Shown: positions 35,924 to 49,922, numbered from the stretch's first letter. The stretch: 64,000 nucleotides of DNA from Takakia lepidozioides (GCA_030704615.1 CM060731.1:86614001-86678000), one strand, 5' to 3'. The notes: generated by a model not told the origin, from the sequence alone. Made by a program: numbers and translations.

Positions 35924-37560
35924 AGTCGGCAATTGGTATACACATATTACACCAATTTGCCAGCCCTCGCGGGATTCAACATGTTGCGAATCTTATTGTG
36001 AACAAGCCAGTCGCATGAGCACTCGCACGAGGTCGGCCTTGGCATCAGCGTTGTCTCGGAGCATGATATTGTCGAGCAAGAATGGATTGAGTAAAGCCCC
36101 CGCATAATGCAAGTCTGTTCGAACCATCGAACGACGGTCGTAAAATGCATCCGAAGCACTGTCTGCAAGTTCAGGTTCCAAGGAGAAGGGATGATGCCTT
36201 AAAGATTGGACGTGCTTCTCAAGATTTTTAATTAGTATCAATGCCTTGCCCATTACTGGTTGCTTTCCATCAAACTCCCGTAAGACGCCTAACACCGGCT
36301 CTACCATATAAACAAAGTTTTCACATTTCTTCAAGAAATCATCGCTGCGAATTATATTCCGAACTTTTCGACTTTTGCCCAATGACTTGGCTTTTCTGGA
36401 GTCCCGCAATGTCTGTGTGTATGCATCCCATTGAGGATCGATGATGGTGTGCTCCAGACTACTCTTCACCGTCACCAACCGATCCACCATCAAGAAGTTA
36501 GTGGCAAAACGAGTTTCGTCTGGATTCCGGAGGCTGTATTTGGGTTTGTGCCTCCTATACATTGCCAAAAGGATGTGGTGTGTGCGGATGAACGACACAA
36601 TGGTCTTCGCTCGCTTGACAAGTTGTTTCACCCACTGTTCTTTTTCCCAATCTTCCAAAAGGAGGTCAAGGATATGAGCAGCACAACCTTGATAGTACAT
36701 ATAGGGATAACGTGCCAACAACATGTCTGCAGTGTTTCTCATGTTAGCGGCATTGTCTGTGCATATTTTCACGATTCTATCACTTCCGACCTGTTCGATG
36801 AAGTCCGTCAATAGTTGGCATTGATAACGTCCATTTTTCTTCTCGCCGTTAATGTCGACCGATCCCAAGAATTGTTCCCCAGCTGGACATACGAGCATGA
36901 CATTGAACAATGGTCTGTTTGTAACAGAACTCCAACCATCGGCACATATAGTGCTTCCATATTTTCTGATGCACTCGCCCGTCCTATCGTTGACCTTTTG
37001 GGTAAGCTCGGTCATGACGTCTTCTAGCAATCTTGTGCGGATATTGTGATAAGTCGGAGGCATCTGGACTCCGAGGTTGCTCTAACGGCAGAAACAAATG
37101 CCGGAAGCCTTGCCACATTAAATGGTATGTTGGCCTCGAAGAAAAACTGCGCCCATTTTTTATACAATTGCATTTTCGCAGACAAGTTAAGACCTTCCTA
37201 CATGGATTGCTGCCGTAATCCTCTACTCCGTTGAAGTGTAGAGGTACAAAGAAGTGTTAAAGCAGGTATTGCTCCGGCACAACCCATTTGTCCAAGGACA
37301 CCTGAAGCCTTACAAGAGTCGCCTTGGGTACTAATTGGGGCATCCTGACGGGAAGATGGAGTGTTCTGCTCAGAGGTCATGTCCAGATCCAGAGACATTG
37401 TAATATTGACTCCACACTGAGCAAAGTGGTTTTTTACCCGCATAGATGCTTTAGGGCATAAACCCACCCCAGCGCTCTTCACACCTCTATAGCCGAGATG
37501 AGCGAACAACCGATCCTTACGATAAGAAAGCTTTAATCCATATAGGTTGCACTCAACACT
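35924..37560 (-). pseudogene. hAT transposase (BED-like finger remnant + DUF659/RNase H fold), lacking the C-terminal dimerization domain
   Basis: Motifs ICADGWS..RPLFNV, ICTDNAANM, CAAHILDLLLED, ETRFATNF and LHYAGALLNP; upstream RLFAHLG..GLCPK. Confidence 0.9.
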
Positions 37561-39158
37561 ACCAGTGGCACTGACAGTGTTCGGGATTGTCGTATACCAA
37601 GGGCTTCATTCCTCCCTCATCTTCACCCAATATCCACTCCCCTGGGCCCTAGCGATGTAAGCAACAAAAAACAGTCACCTATAAATGAACGTGTTGTGAA
37701 TATAGAGTGCAAGCGATAGCCCAACACTTCTACACCTGTCAGCAACCCAAGTGGGTCGATGTGGGTTGTAGTATTGAGCTTATACACAATCTACTGAAGT
37801 GGCTTTGGTGGAAGCCACAACGGCAAAAGATGCTCACCCTCCTCTTGGGCTACACTCTCGTTCAATGGAAGAGAACATCCAAAGCAACCTCAAGTGTTTG
37901 CGCCAAAAGAAGTGAGGAGCTTCGTGACCTTGCTCCCTTATATATGATCTAGGAAGGACGAAAGTGAAATGAAAGTGAAATGAATAAATGACGAACCAAT
38001 AGCGCACACCCGAAAAAAACGGTACAACCATATTTGTTATAATTTTGAAATTAAGCGACCGCTAATACTGCGGTCGCTACTTTTATTTTTTATGGAAAAC
38101 AAACGACCGCCACTATTGCGGTAGCTTTTATTTCCTTTCATTTTGTGCAATATTGTGGTCACTTCTATTCTGTATATTTTTAAATTTAAGCGACCGCCCG
38201 TATGGCGGTCGCTATTGTTTTTTATTTCAAAATATAATGCGACTGTCGGTATGGCGGTCGCTTCATTTGTTTATATATTTAAAATAAAACGACCGCCAAT
38301 ATGGTGGTCGCTTTTATTCTTAATATTTTTAAAAAAACGCGACCGCCAGTAAGGCAGTCGCTTTTAATCTTTATATTTTCAAGTTTAAGCGACCTCCAGG
38401 CTGGCGGTCGCTTTTATTTTATATATTATTAAATTAAAGTGACCGCCGGTTTGGCGGTCGCAAATATTGTATTATTTTAAGCGACCACCGGTGTGGCGGT
38501 CGCTTATATTTTCATATGTCGCTTGTTTTTTATATAATTTTAAATTTACCGACCGCCATATGGCGGTCGTTTGTTTTTCTATATATTTTTGAAATTAAGC
38601 AACCACCAAATGGCGGTCGCTTGTTTTTTAATATATTTTTGAAATTATCCGACCGCCATATGGCGGTCGCTTGTTCTATATATATTTGCAAAATTGTGCG
38701 ACCGCCAATACGGCAGTCGCTTATTTTCTTTTTTAAATTAGGCAACCGCCAATGCGACCGCCAATCTTGCTTTTGTTTAAAAATAAATTGAAGCGACCGC
38801 CAATATGGCAGTCGCTATTTCTTTTTTTATTTAGAAAAATAAAGCGACCGCCAATGCGACCGCCAATCTTGCTTTTTTTTAGAAAAAAAATTGAAGTGAC
38901 CGCCAATACGGCGGTTGCTATTTCTTTTTTAATTTCGAAAAACGAAACGACCGTCATAATTGGCAGTCGCGTTCATTTTGTTAATTTTCAAAATGTATTT
39001 GCCACCGCCAGCGTGCGACGTGGCTGCTTAAGTGGCAGTATTTTACCTGGCACTATTTTTACCAGAATATTCCCCGAACCTGACGTAACGGAGGTCCCGT
39101 CAGCGTCAGGTCTGACGTGACCTGACGCTGACGGACGGATGTGACGTTGATAACCGGG
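35924..39158 (-). mobile_element. hAT DNA transposon, 3' truncated
   Basis: It has a transposase, a GCGACCGCC subterminal array (38055-39010) and a terminus ..GATAACCGGG shared with 10915. Confidence 0.85.
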
Positions 39159-41262
39159 GTGTACAGTCCAGCTGTTACACGGTATCAAAACAAAAAACTT
39201 ACACCAGCAGTGGTGTCGTGCCCTATAGCTGTAGAATACCTTATCCCTGCCATGGACAGATGTAGGATAGGCCATAGCTTCATCGTCCATAAAAGAATGT
39301 TGTTGACTAGAAAAGAGGGGAACCAATGCCAAGTAATACCAATGCTTTGCAGCTTACCAAAATCTGGAAAGGGCACCTAACATAAGGCAACAGTCCTGGA
39401 ATCTCATGTGCGGGGTGTAATAGCTCTGGCTCCTTTTATTGCAACATCGATGAGATTCTGCATGCTCCTTGATATTCTCTCCAACGTTTGCATTTAGATT
39501 TATCTTCAGATGTATCTGGTTGGGATGCACTATTTTTGTTATTGACTTGCATGCCCTTGCTGACGATCTTGCAGTCCCATCGAGTGGAGGTTGAGACGGC
39601 TGAACAATCTCCCACAAAAGTCAAAGTTGGTGAGCCCTCTGTGTCATTTATTTGAGTACAAGCAACAACTATTGATGTCATCATGCACTATGAATCCAAC
39701 ATTTCTGTCAGCTAATAATGAGCCTCAAATACACATCATGATGAGCTAAATAGCTATCTGCAGTTGATACAAGTTGACCACAACTTGGGTCAAGCTATGT
39801 TCTAGCCACTGATGTATGTAAGACTACAACTGATTTTTTTCAATTCGTTTGCATTATGCATTCTTTTGAAGTCCTCATTTGATTCAGTAGTTTCCAAAGT
39901 CTATCTTTAGTCTTCATGTTAATGCTTTCTGGCAGAGGCAGGCAGCAAAAGTATCACAGCGGCAAGAGACAACACACAAGAAATAATGTTACCATGGTAA
40001 GAGATGCAACATTGTCATGATGAAATGTATTTCTTCATTTTGCTGGTTGTGTCTGGGTTGGATGGATTTTCTAGACTTGTGGTTACTCCATTCGTTGGTG
40101 CTCAATCAAGCTGCCTAGCCCCTAAAATCTTCTTGGGACATTCCAGGGCAGCACAGTATATTGGTTTGTATGCCAACAAGTTTTCTTCTCTTATATGGGG
40201 ATCCTTCAGAGGTGTCAATCAGTTAGTTGTCATGCCACAGAGTACAACAACTGGTGAGTGTGACAGCCAGTTTGATAGTACTCATGGCATCACCTAGTCC
40301 TGAAACGAGTATTAATGACCATTGACGGACACAAGCCGTAGTGGAATTTTTGTGTATCGAATAACACCTACTGTATAGGAGATGTCAGCTCTGATGAAAA
40401 CCTTCATCTGAGCTCTCAGAGGTTGAAGTTGTGAAGGACGTTACTATATAAAAAAATTTGAGTTGAAATATCCACAACCGAGAGACTGAAGAGGTTTCAG
40501 ATTCTAGCAAGGAAGTTTTTCATACACTCAAAAGCAGGGTCAGATGTGAAGTGATTCCTATCCATGCATTGTCTGTATGCCTTAATTCTTTTATGTTCTT
40601 GTCTTGAGAGAATCACCATCATCTGTGGGACTTGTCACAAACCAAACTTGTCACAGCTTTAGATTGGGAAATGGTAAAACTGTGCGTCTGGAGTCTGCTG
40701 AAGTAACTTGGTGATTCCTACAGAAGGCACCTACTCCAAGAAAACCACTCTCAGAAAGCATAGGTAATCTAAAAATTAACCTCATTCAAGTCACATGGAC
40801 CTGTGATTGGATTAAGATACAAAGTTGCTTTTTAAACCTCTAGACTCCATGAGTTAAAATGTCATTCCAATCTGCTATATATGATCGTCACTTCTATGTG
40901 GAAGCTAAGGCACGCCCACAGCTTCTCCGCACACGCAGCAAGCTCATGAGGCAAGGCCAGGAGGCACAACTCCAGTGCCTCACACCACCCATGAGCGATG
41001 GCGTACCCCATGCAGCTTATGCTTTCCCATCAACCCTTCAAATGATTATTCTGTGGCATCTGCCCCACTAGCCAAGTAGCATTAGGTTAAATCCATGCTA
41101 TTTCAATTCTGCTGCAGCTCCAATGTTTAGATGCCAGTAACCAAACAGGAGTGGCTAAAGTCTGGTTCAATTTTTAGACTTCCATATTTTGTACATAATA
41201 TATCAATTGGCAAATTTCAGATCATTGTATAAAGGTCTTTTAAAATTGAAGTGCTACCAACA

Positions 41263-41445
41263 GTCAGTAGCTCTCAGTTGGTTAAATGCACTGAGTGCCA
41301 CCCAGACGAATCTGGGGTCAAATCTTGCTACTGAGGGGTGCGGTATGATTCCTAGGTGGTGCCCCATTCCTATGCCTCATGGCGGGTTACTGTGAAAGAG
41401 GTTATTTTCTCCTCTCAGTAAAGGGGCCTGATTTGTGAGCTTCGG
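41263..41445 (+). mobile_element. tRNA-derived SINE-like repeat, copy 1
   Basis: It has an A-box-like TAGCTCTCAGTTGG and a B-box-like GGGTCAAATC. It shares GCACTGAGTGCCACCCA, CTGGGGTCAAATCTTGCTACT and GAAAGAGGTTATTTT with 49718-49900. Confidence 0.6.
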
Positions 41446-42571
41446 CAACACTCTCTAACAATGAAACACGCTATGTATTTATGTAACACCCTGCGGATGA
41501 CCCCTGCCCTTTTTGTGCAAATTGAACGTAGTTCTCAGAATTCGTTGCTAGTAGTGCAGAGCAACGCGAGGCCTAGTATAAATACTGCAGGACATATGCG
41601 ACAAGATTAATTGGGTGGTACATTGGTAAGGATTATGATTGATGAGTGATGAGATTGCGGGTTCAATCAACAGATTCTTTTGTTAAATTCCCATGCGGGC
41701 CATCGCCATCTACTGCCCAAATGCGTAGGTCCAGCTCCGTCACATTCTCAAGCTCTCTAGCATTCCTTGCGCACTACTCCATTCTGAACTCCAGATTAGA
41801 CTCCCACCATTGAAACAGCCCGTACCTTCGCAGTGTACACAGCTTCTAACAAGGAGCTGTCACTTTTTAACTGTTCAATGTTTTTCCTCATGTTGGAAAG
41901 CTATTGGTGCATTATTGTCAAAATCAAAAGCAACTCGTTCATCTCCCATTCCTACACCCACCCATGCGGAGTAATAATATAATCAACATAGAATATTCAA
42001 TGTAGAATGTTCCTATATCTTGGATTTCCTAATACTGGTTTCATGCATGTCTGCTACTGAGCTACCTCATTTGGGTAATTGAAGAAGAATGAAACTACAT
42101 CAGCGACTCCTCCTATGTACAGAAAACTCCCTCTTGCAACAATTACATTTTACCAGCTGACCTTAGAGGAAGGCAATGCTGACACCACAGATGCTTGTGT
42201 GGTTCTCACCTACTGAACATCTCAAGAAAATATCCTGTCAGTACTATTTAGTGCACTACAAGGAGTTCCAATCCAAGTCCCCTGTCGAAAGATGCCCTAC
42301 TCATTGCCAGGTCCTAAGCTGGCAAAAGCCATCATGTAGCTCTTTATCTCATCTTTGAACCAACCATGACAGCGTCAGCAAGGCAGAAAATGGTTCTTGT
42401 CATGTTGGGATTGAAGATATGATGGCTGTCTACCACGTATATCATGTGCAATGCTGGAATTAGCATGGCTCATGTTCCTGTGCTGTCTTTCGAAGATTCC
42501 AATTTTCCATACTATGATGAAGACTCCATCGGCTGTGTTGAAGAAGCTTCATCCATGCAGCTTCAGCAGCG

Positions 42572-43664
42572 CTAGAAAATATGAACAATGTCATAAGCAA
42601 ATCTGAGTAATGTCAAGGGCACAGCTATAGGCCGGGGTCATCACACATGCATGTCTCGCTGAAGAAGTTACTCTAGTTTACTCCTTCAGAAGCCAAAGTA
42701 TTGTCAATGACAAAGGTACAGACATGCAGCAAAACAGAGCCAGACATCCACCAACATAACCTAGAATTGCCAGGACCATTATTTTGGTAGGATACGTCCA
42801 GAATAGTACGAAGGACTGTCCAACCAGCCCCCACACACAAGTTCAGTGCATCAATCAGTACAAGGTGCTGAGCATACATGCTATACATGCTTTTCCTACC
42901 ATCACCTCCTTCAACACAGCAAACAGATGAAGAACTCTGCACCTAGGTTCCCCTAAAAACCTTTCATCTGTAAGGATCTTCACCAATCTTGCAAAAACTC
43001 AACTCAACCACATACTTTCATGGCAGAGAGGCGTCATTCACTCATTCCGCTACCCGTTTCAGCCATGAAACATAGGCAGGTGCATGTCCTCGAAAAATAT
43101 GAGGAATAGCCTAAGAGCGCCACTGGTGAAGATACGGAGGGTCAAAAGAAGGAAGTGGAACACACCATAAACCCTTGAGTGATGCCATCAAAGGTAATCC
43201 GCTGCCATGAATCAAAGTAAGAGAAGATGTCGAACTTGGTTTTGGCTGCGATGCCTGCTGATGCTAGTATCATGATCACAAAATAGCAAAGAAAGCCTTT
43301 GACTGCCGTCAGCCCTAGAACTCCTGCGATCACACCCCCCACAATAGACAAAAATGTGCGGCTGTGCCCCACAAGACATGCCCACTGTGTATCAGCTACA
43401 CTCTCAGGTCCACTCAACTACTACACGCCTCATCTCCCCTCCAATTCCTCGCTCAGGTTGGTCGGAAGACTACCACCATTGCAGCGCTTGTTCAGCAGAT
43501 TGTTGGGCGACAGAGATCTTCAATGCAGTGGAATACCTCAGGTAGATAATCCGCATGTTGTGTTGAATGTTTTCAGCACTGTAAGCGGGGGGGCTTTTCG
43601 CATCGTCACTCTTCTTCGCTTCTTTCGAGGTAACCCGTGATGCGAAGCGCGATGCTGGTGCCAT
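42572..43664 (-). CDS. EMC6: ER membrane protein complex subunit 6, 124 aa; exons 43664-43537, 43361-43166, 42815-42796, 42602-42572
   Basis: The spliced frame is intact: ..YSAENIQHNMRIIYLSRTFLSIVGGVIAGVLGL..YFDSW..GFMSFVLFWTFAYDIVHIF*. Confidence 0.95.
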
Positions 43665-44123
43665 GGCTGCCGGAGCTCCCTTTCCCGCACACTCTTCACT
43701 GCTCCTCACCTTCGCCTCCTAGGTCAACCCAGAGATACACACTGTGACAGGATAGCCGCACTTTCTACAAATCGCTTGATTCAACCTCACCCACTCACAT
43801 CAAATCGAAGGAATGCACAATCAATTATGTCACTCGCTTCTCGCTGCCCTTGCAAGCACACGCATGTCCGTTGAATATCGCACAGAGGGGAACAAGTGAA
43901 AACTTTGGGAACACTAAGACAAACATCAAATAAGAATAGGACCGCTATTGATATCCGTAAGGAAACCCTAATGAAAGACTACATTGCAGAATGCATCAAC
44001 GGTTCAGTATAAAAAGAAGTCCCTGTACAAGTCCCACAACGCAATCTTTTTGTTGTCGTGTAGCAGCTGGCAGCTTGGCAGCTTGTAGGGCAGCGAGGCG
44101 GTGTTGGGGGCAGATCGAGAGTG
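43665..44123. promoter_or_regulatory. Shared divergent promoter with telo-box
   Basis: There are 459 bp between the two ATGs, with AAACCCTAA at 43963-43971. Confidence 0.55.
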
Positions 44124-47100
44124 ATGGCAGAGGGGGCAGCCGACATCGATGTGGGGGCACAGCCTTTTGACATAGCGTTTCATCCTTCGGCAAAACTTGT
44201 TGCTGTTAGCCTTATCACAGGACACCTGCATCTGTACGTCTATTTGCATCTCCCCTGGTATTGTTGATTCGCAACATGATTGATTCACAAGATGGTAATT
44301 TTCACGTTTCCGCTTTGAACGAGTCTCAGCAGGTTTTCTTTTAATCATACTCTCAGGCAGGGTACTTGCAGTTGTTATGATTGGGTACCTCCCTCCCTCT
44401 CTCCCCTGTTGTGACTTTCTTAACCATGGGAGCTACTTTTCCGCGAACTATGACATGAACACGCAGAAGTGACAGATTATCGCGTCCGATAAAAGTGTGA
44501 CAGAGTAGATCAGTGGTAATCATACAGGGTCCTGTACCCATTTTGAAAATTCGCAGTGATTCTGAGCCTAGAGACCGTACCTATTTTAGCTCTTCAAAAG
44601 CTATTGAAATTTTATTTCAGGTGACCGCTGGATTGATACGGCGTGTTACACCCTAAATAATTGCAACCAATAGGTAGATAGCTCAATGAGGGGAAAAATC
44701 TCGGATTCCCTTCCTGTGAACGGGTTTCACCTAGTTGTATGTTACTTGCTGTTTGGAGTCAAAGAGAATTCTGATTGAGGTAGTCTGACCCCAGCAGCTT
44801 ACCTGAGGGATGCAGAATGTCAAATAACACTCCTTCATTGTCTTCTCAGTATCCTGCTGGGGGAGTGACCCTGCCAGCAATGCAAATTATCTGGATGATT
44901 TGAGCATTAAAACATAATCTATAATTACTGTTATATATGACAAAGTGTTTAGAATCTATCTGGGCTGCATTGGGATGGAGAATTTCTGATTGAGTGGGAA
45001 ACCTGGGTTGCTGCAGATACAAATATGGAGAGGGAGCGGACTCAGAAAGGTGGCAGACGTGTTTGCTCTTGGATGCTCACTTGCTAACCTGGTCTCGCTT
45101 TGCATCTGCATCCAAGTACCTTGCCATGTTGAAGGGCCTATGTTTACGAAGTAAAGGTGGAAGTTTTTTGATAAGGTTGAAATTGTGTTTTGACAGGTTG
45201 TGGAATGTGAGTGCGCACGGTGAATCGTGCCGTGCAGTACGCTTTGCAGAGGGCGGTCGCTGTGAGTGCACCCATCATTGCATTCCCTGTGCTGCTCAGT
45301 CATCATGCCCTTTTGGGTTCCTTTTCCTGGTTAATGGTTTACCTTCCTCTTGGGCACATCCACTATTGTGTGGTCTCCTACCTGCCTCAGCTACCCCTCT
45401 TCATAAGGTCGCCCACTTCAACTGTCTTTCATTTGGGTGGTTACAGACATCCTGACAGCCTCACCGGATCGCTCAATTCTTGCAACTGATGCTGAAACCG
45501 GGCAAGCGGTTGCTCGCCTTTCTGATGCACACGGGTATGTATTCATATGCTGTAGAAGATTCCCTCAGGGTTCTGTAGAAAGTCAGGAATGGGCGATTTG
45601 AGGGGCACAGGGGGGGATCATTAGACAAAATTCTAATGTAACCTTGTGGCAGTGACCCTAGCCCATTTTGGATGGAGCAGGCTAGAAAGTGAAAAAGGAA
45701 AGGCTGGTGATTGAGGGCAGGATTTGGGTCACTTTCACCATGAATGTGGTAACTCCAGGACTGGGAGCCAGTCTATTAGATTAATTTGTGTCTGCCAGAT
45801 TTCCCAAAAACATTGCTTTCGAAAGCATGAATTTGATTTGGAAGATCACTTTCACCCCCAATTGAGCAAAAAGAGATGCAGCAATAGTCCTCGTCATCTG
45901 AGAGTAGTACTTAATGTACTCAATTGAGGATCATCATCATCATCATGCCCAGGTGCTACTGCATGTTTTAGCGGCCGCGAGAGAGAGGGAGATTTGAGGC
46001 TTTTCTAGGATTTACGGAGGTGTTCTGTGAAAAGGTCAAAGTACTGAAGTAGAGAGATTTTTAGTTCTATTCCAACTTCTGCTTTCCAAAAGAGTGTGAG
46101 ACGCATGGGGGATCACAGCATAGTTTATATTGAATGCAGTAAGTGTAGCCTGAATGTGCAGAGAATGGGTGGTGGGTGTGAAGGGCGGCAATTAACCGAA
46201 TTGTCAATGCGACTGAGACCACCATTGCCTCTGGTGATGATGAAGGCACTATCAAGGTACATGTAGGTTTTGATACTGCGTGATGGTTGTTGTATTGGGG
46301 CAACAACGGAGGTATGTTGGTCCAATGCATTTTTCTGCTGAAGGATTTTGCTGTCAGCGTAGACATGGGTGGCTGTTCGTGAATTTGATCAGGAAAGGGG
46401 ATGGTTTAGGAGTGGGTCTCATAGAAGTTTAACTTTGCATGTCAATGTGATACATTATCCAGTTTTGAAGGGTCCTTAAATAAGTCTGATTGGTAAGGTG
46501 TTCAGTAAGCTAATGTGTTTAGGGTGTTATGCCGGCACTCCTACAACACAGGGTTCTAGGGTAATGAAGGTGAAAAAGGTGGAGTAAGATGTTGAGGCTA
46601 TGTCTGTACAGGTGTGGGACACACGGCACAATGCGTGCTGCAGCAGCTTTGAGGCGCATGATGACTTTGTGGCAGATATGGAGTTTGTGCCAGATACCAT
46701 GCAGCTTCTCGGTGCCAGGTGCACCTTCTCGTGCTTTGTTTTTGTTTCGTTAAGAGTGGGTTGTCTTGCCTTTCCATCAGGTTACTGCTTCCCAGCAACT
46801 TACCAGTGGAAGCACTGGCATTTGTTAATGAATGTGCAAACTATAGAAGTCAGTCAAGGGCAAGAATCTTGAAGTTGCAAATACATGGACTCTTTTGGTC
46901 ACTAACTTAAAGCCGTTGTGTGCTTTGGCAGTGGTGATGGGACACTCTCTGTGTGCAATTTGCGACGCAACAAGGCATTCTTCTTACTATCTCCAGCTTA
47001 GAGACTGTTAGGTGTCAGTAGTATGATTTGCTAGGAGAGAAGACTCCGGCCACAGCTGGCATAACTAAGAGCCATCTTGCGGCTACTGCCCCCTTTCGGG

Positions 47101-49285
47101 GGTGGGCAGGTGGTTTGCTATTCATCTGTCGTGAGCTCTGAAGTGATGCGGTCATGTGGATTTCATAAAGACTCTGCAAGTCCTGTGAGGGTGGCAGCAC
47201 TGAGTGTTTGCAGTTGTGCAGGTGGATGTTAAGTCACAGTTTGCAGAGGATGAACTCTTGTCAGTGGTGCTGTGCAAGGTTCTGCTTTTCAACCCCTGTG
47301 GTGGCTTGCTTCACTTCGATGTTGGGCACTACACAAGCAGACCAATGACCTTCTCTAGGATTTTGATTCTAGTATCTTTTATAAAATGCAACAGAAGGCT
47401 TTGCAGAGCTCAGCATATAGGTAAGTTGATAGTTGTTGACAAGGCATGATGCTAGAAAACATACCTGCATTGAGGTGCTGAGCAGTAAGAAGTTTGGTTG
47501 CTTTCTGCAGAATGGTCGCAAAGTAGTATGCGGATCGCAGGATGGAGTGCTGCTGCTCTATTCTTGGGGCCATATGCTGGACTGCAGGTCTTGCTATTAT
47601 TCCTACACCATCCTCCAACTGAAATTCCAGGTCATTGCACAGTAGTGTTGGACTTATACAAACTCTGGTATGCCAGATAAACTGTTGTAGGGGATAAAGA
47701 GGAGTTGTATTACAATGCTATGTTCATGGTACGAAAAGGATGGTATATGGTGTCTTCTCATCCCATGTGCTTCGTAGATTCGAAAGTCTTCAGTGCTGGC
47801 AGCTCTGCTAGTAATGAGGGAGGTCAACACTGCATAGCTCAGAGGTATCTTAACTTGTTTCTCCACGGGTTCATTTGTGCAGTGATCGCTTTGTTGGACA
47901 TCCCAACTCTGTAGATGCTTTGTTGAAGGTATGCAATTAGTTCTTTCACTTGAGGCCCATGACTGGTGCATTTTTTTTCGTGTTCATGGCAGCCGACAAA
48001 GCAAGTACTAACCTCAGAGTGTGGGTGCAGGTAGATGAAGACACACTACTCACAGGATCCAGTGATGGCATCATCCGGTATGGTCTTGTGATGGAAGCAC
48101 CCTAGCTGTAGGATGCCACCTTAAACAGATGTTGTCTTCTCTGCTTTTGTGGCCTTCGCTTTTGCATCCATGGGATATTTGACGTGGTACGGAGTCATAA
48201 ATTTGGAAGTTGATGGGAAAAGGAAGGGCACCTTGCATGACTGCTTTTGGATATCTGGCCGTGCAATGGGGATAGGGTGGTCACTATACTTCCCAACAAG
48301 ATGATAGGGATCATAGGCGAGCATGCCGACTATCCAATTGAGCGTCTTGGTACGTGCATCCACCATTTGCCATTTCGGTTGTCTCTCCTGCTGTTTATAC
48401 GAGCATGTGAATTTTGATTACTTAGCTCTTCTAATGTTTCCCCAAGTACTCTTACTATCAGCGCAGTTGGTCTAAGGTGCAAAAGTCTCCTTGTTTAGAA
48501 GTGTGATGTTGATGATTCAAATTGTGTCTGCAGCCTTTTCGCATGACAGGACAACGCTGGGCAGTGTGTCACACGATGATAATGTCAAGGTGAGGACTCC
48601 TTGTCTGGACTATTTTGTAGAAAGACATGAAGTGTATATTTGCTTTGTGCTGCATATGTTTGCCTTTTGTTCCAGACTTAATGCTTTCAGGACATGTGCA
48701 GCTATGGGATGTGAAGTACTTGCTGGAAGAAGATGTGGAGGGTGATCAGGGTGTTGAGACAGCAGCAGCACAAGTGGATGGGGTGGGTGCCTCCGCTCAA
48801 AGCAATGGGGCAACGGAGCCTGCTCATAGCAGCGACGAAGATGATGTAGAGATGGGCATAGAAGGTATGGGTCCTCATGACATTATATAGAGTGAAAGTG
48901 CCACTCTTTGGCCAGTTGATTTTTAGTTGGAAAGTGACGTTGTCTTTGGTGGAATTTTGTGAGTTGAGCATTCTAAATTTGTGTTAGATTGTGGCACCTA
49001 CTAAAATTCCAAGTATGTTGTCTGTGGGCCCTATTGCAGTTATGTTGTCAAGATTAGCTATTTTATGTTGCACTTCTGGTTTTGAGAAATTTGGATTGCT
49101 GCATGGTGAAAGTCAACTGCTGGTAGTTATGGGCATACCAAATTCCACTTTTTGTAGTGTAAGTCATGTGTCCTTGTAGTGAAGTGGCAGTGTGATGTGC
49201 TGCAGGATCAAGGAGGTGGAGAAACAAAGGAAAAGAACATTTAGCGCGGACAAATAATAGCTCCAAGTTCTTTGATGACCTTTGA
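44124..49285 (+). CDS. WDR55: WD40-repeat protein WDR55, many short exons
   Basis: Peptides in order: MAEGAADIDVGAQPFDIAFHPS; AHGESCRAVRF; TTIASGDDEGTIKVWDTR; SGDGTLSVCNLR; SQFAEDELLSV; NGRKVVCGSQDGVLLLYSWG; ILPNKMIGIIGEHADYPIERLA; C-terminus FFDDL*. One GC donor at about 46975. Confidence 0.93.
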
Positions 49286-49717
49286 TAGGATAATTGTTGG
49301 AAGTGGCCATTGATAAACTGATCAGCCATCTTAGGGATTCATAGATAGAGTATGAAAGGAATCATTGGTCTTTTGTTGTCTCATCCTCCTTACACTAAAA
49401 GGTTTGAAGAGCCTAAGTTTGGCCTCTCCTGAAATATCATGAGCTGATACTTTTTAATCCCCAAGTGCCTGAGCTGCTTTTCACCATGTACAGGAGCTCT
49501 GTGACCCTGCCACATTGCAAAGTTAATATGTCAATGAGATCTTAGGGTTCTGGAAATTCTGGAAATTTTGACCGTTGATTCTGACACTCATCTATCCCGC
49601 CTACAGTCACAAAAAAAACTTAGTCCAATCCATCCACCTTGTGAGGAAAAAGTTTATAATGTTTAACTTGGGCCCAAAAACAAAACTGGTGACTCTTTGG
49701 CCCCCACAAAAAAGTTC

Positions 49718-49922
49718 GTCAGTAGTTCAGTGGGATAGTGCACTGAGTGCCACCCACATGATTCTGGGGTCAAATCTTGCTACTTGACGGGTGTGGTATT
49801 CTCTTCTCTCCCTTTCCTTGGCAGTGTCCCACTTATGTGCCTCCATGGCGCAGTTACTATGAAAGAGGTTATTTTTGCCTTTTGTGAGCTGTCGCTCCCA
49901 GGTGTTCATTTTTTTTTTTTTT
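49718..49922 (+). mobile_element. tRNA-derived SINE-like repeat, copy 2
   Basis: GTCAGTAG..CTACTTGAC gives acceptor-like pairing. It has A box TAGTTCAGTGG, a B-like GGGTCAAATC and a poly-T tail. Confidence 0.6.

Noticed and set aside
39200-40420. Exon-like or Copia-like remnants (DISYTVGVIRY)
   Set aside because: Too short and degenerate to assign.
49718-49788. Functional tRNA gene
   Set aside because: The T-loop is degenerate (GGTCAAAT), the stems are imperfect, and homology to the other copy extends well past the tRNA part.
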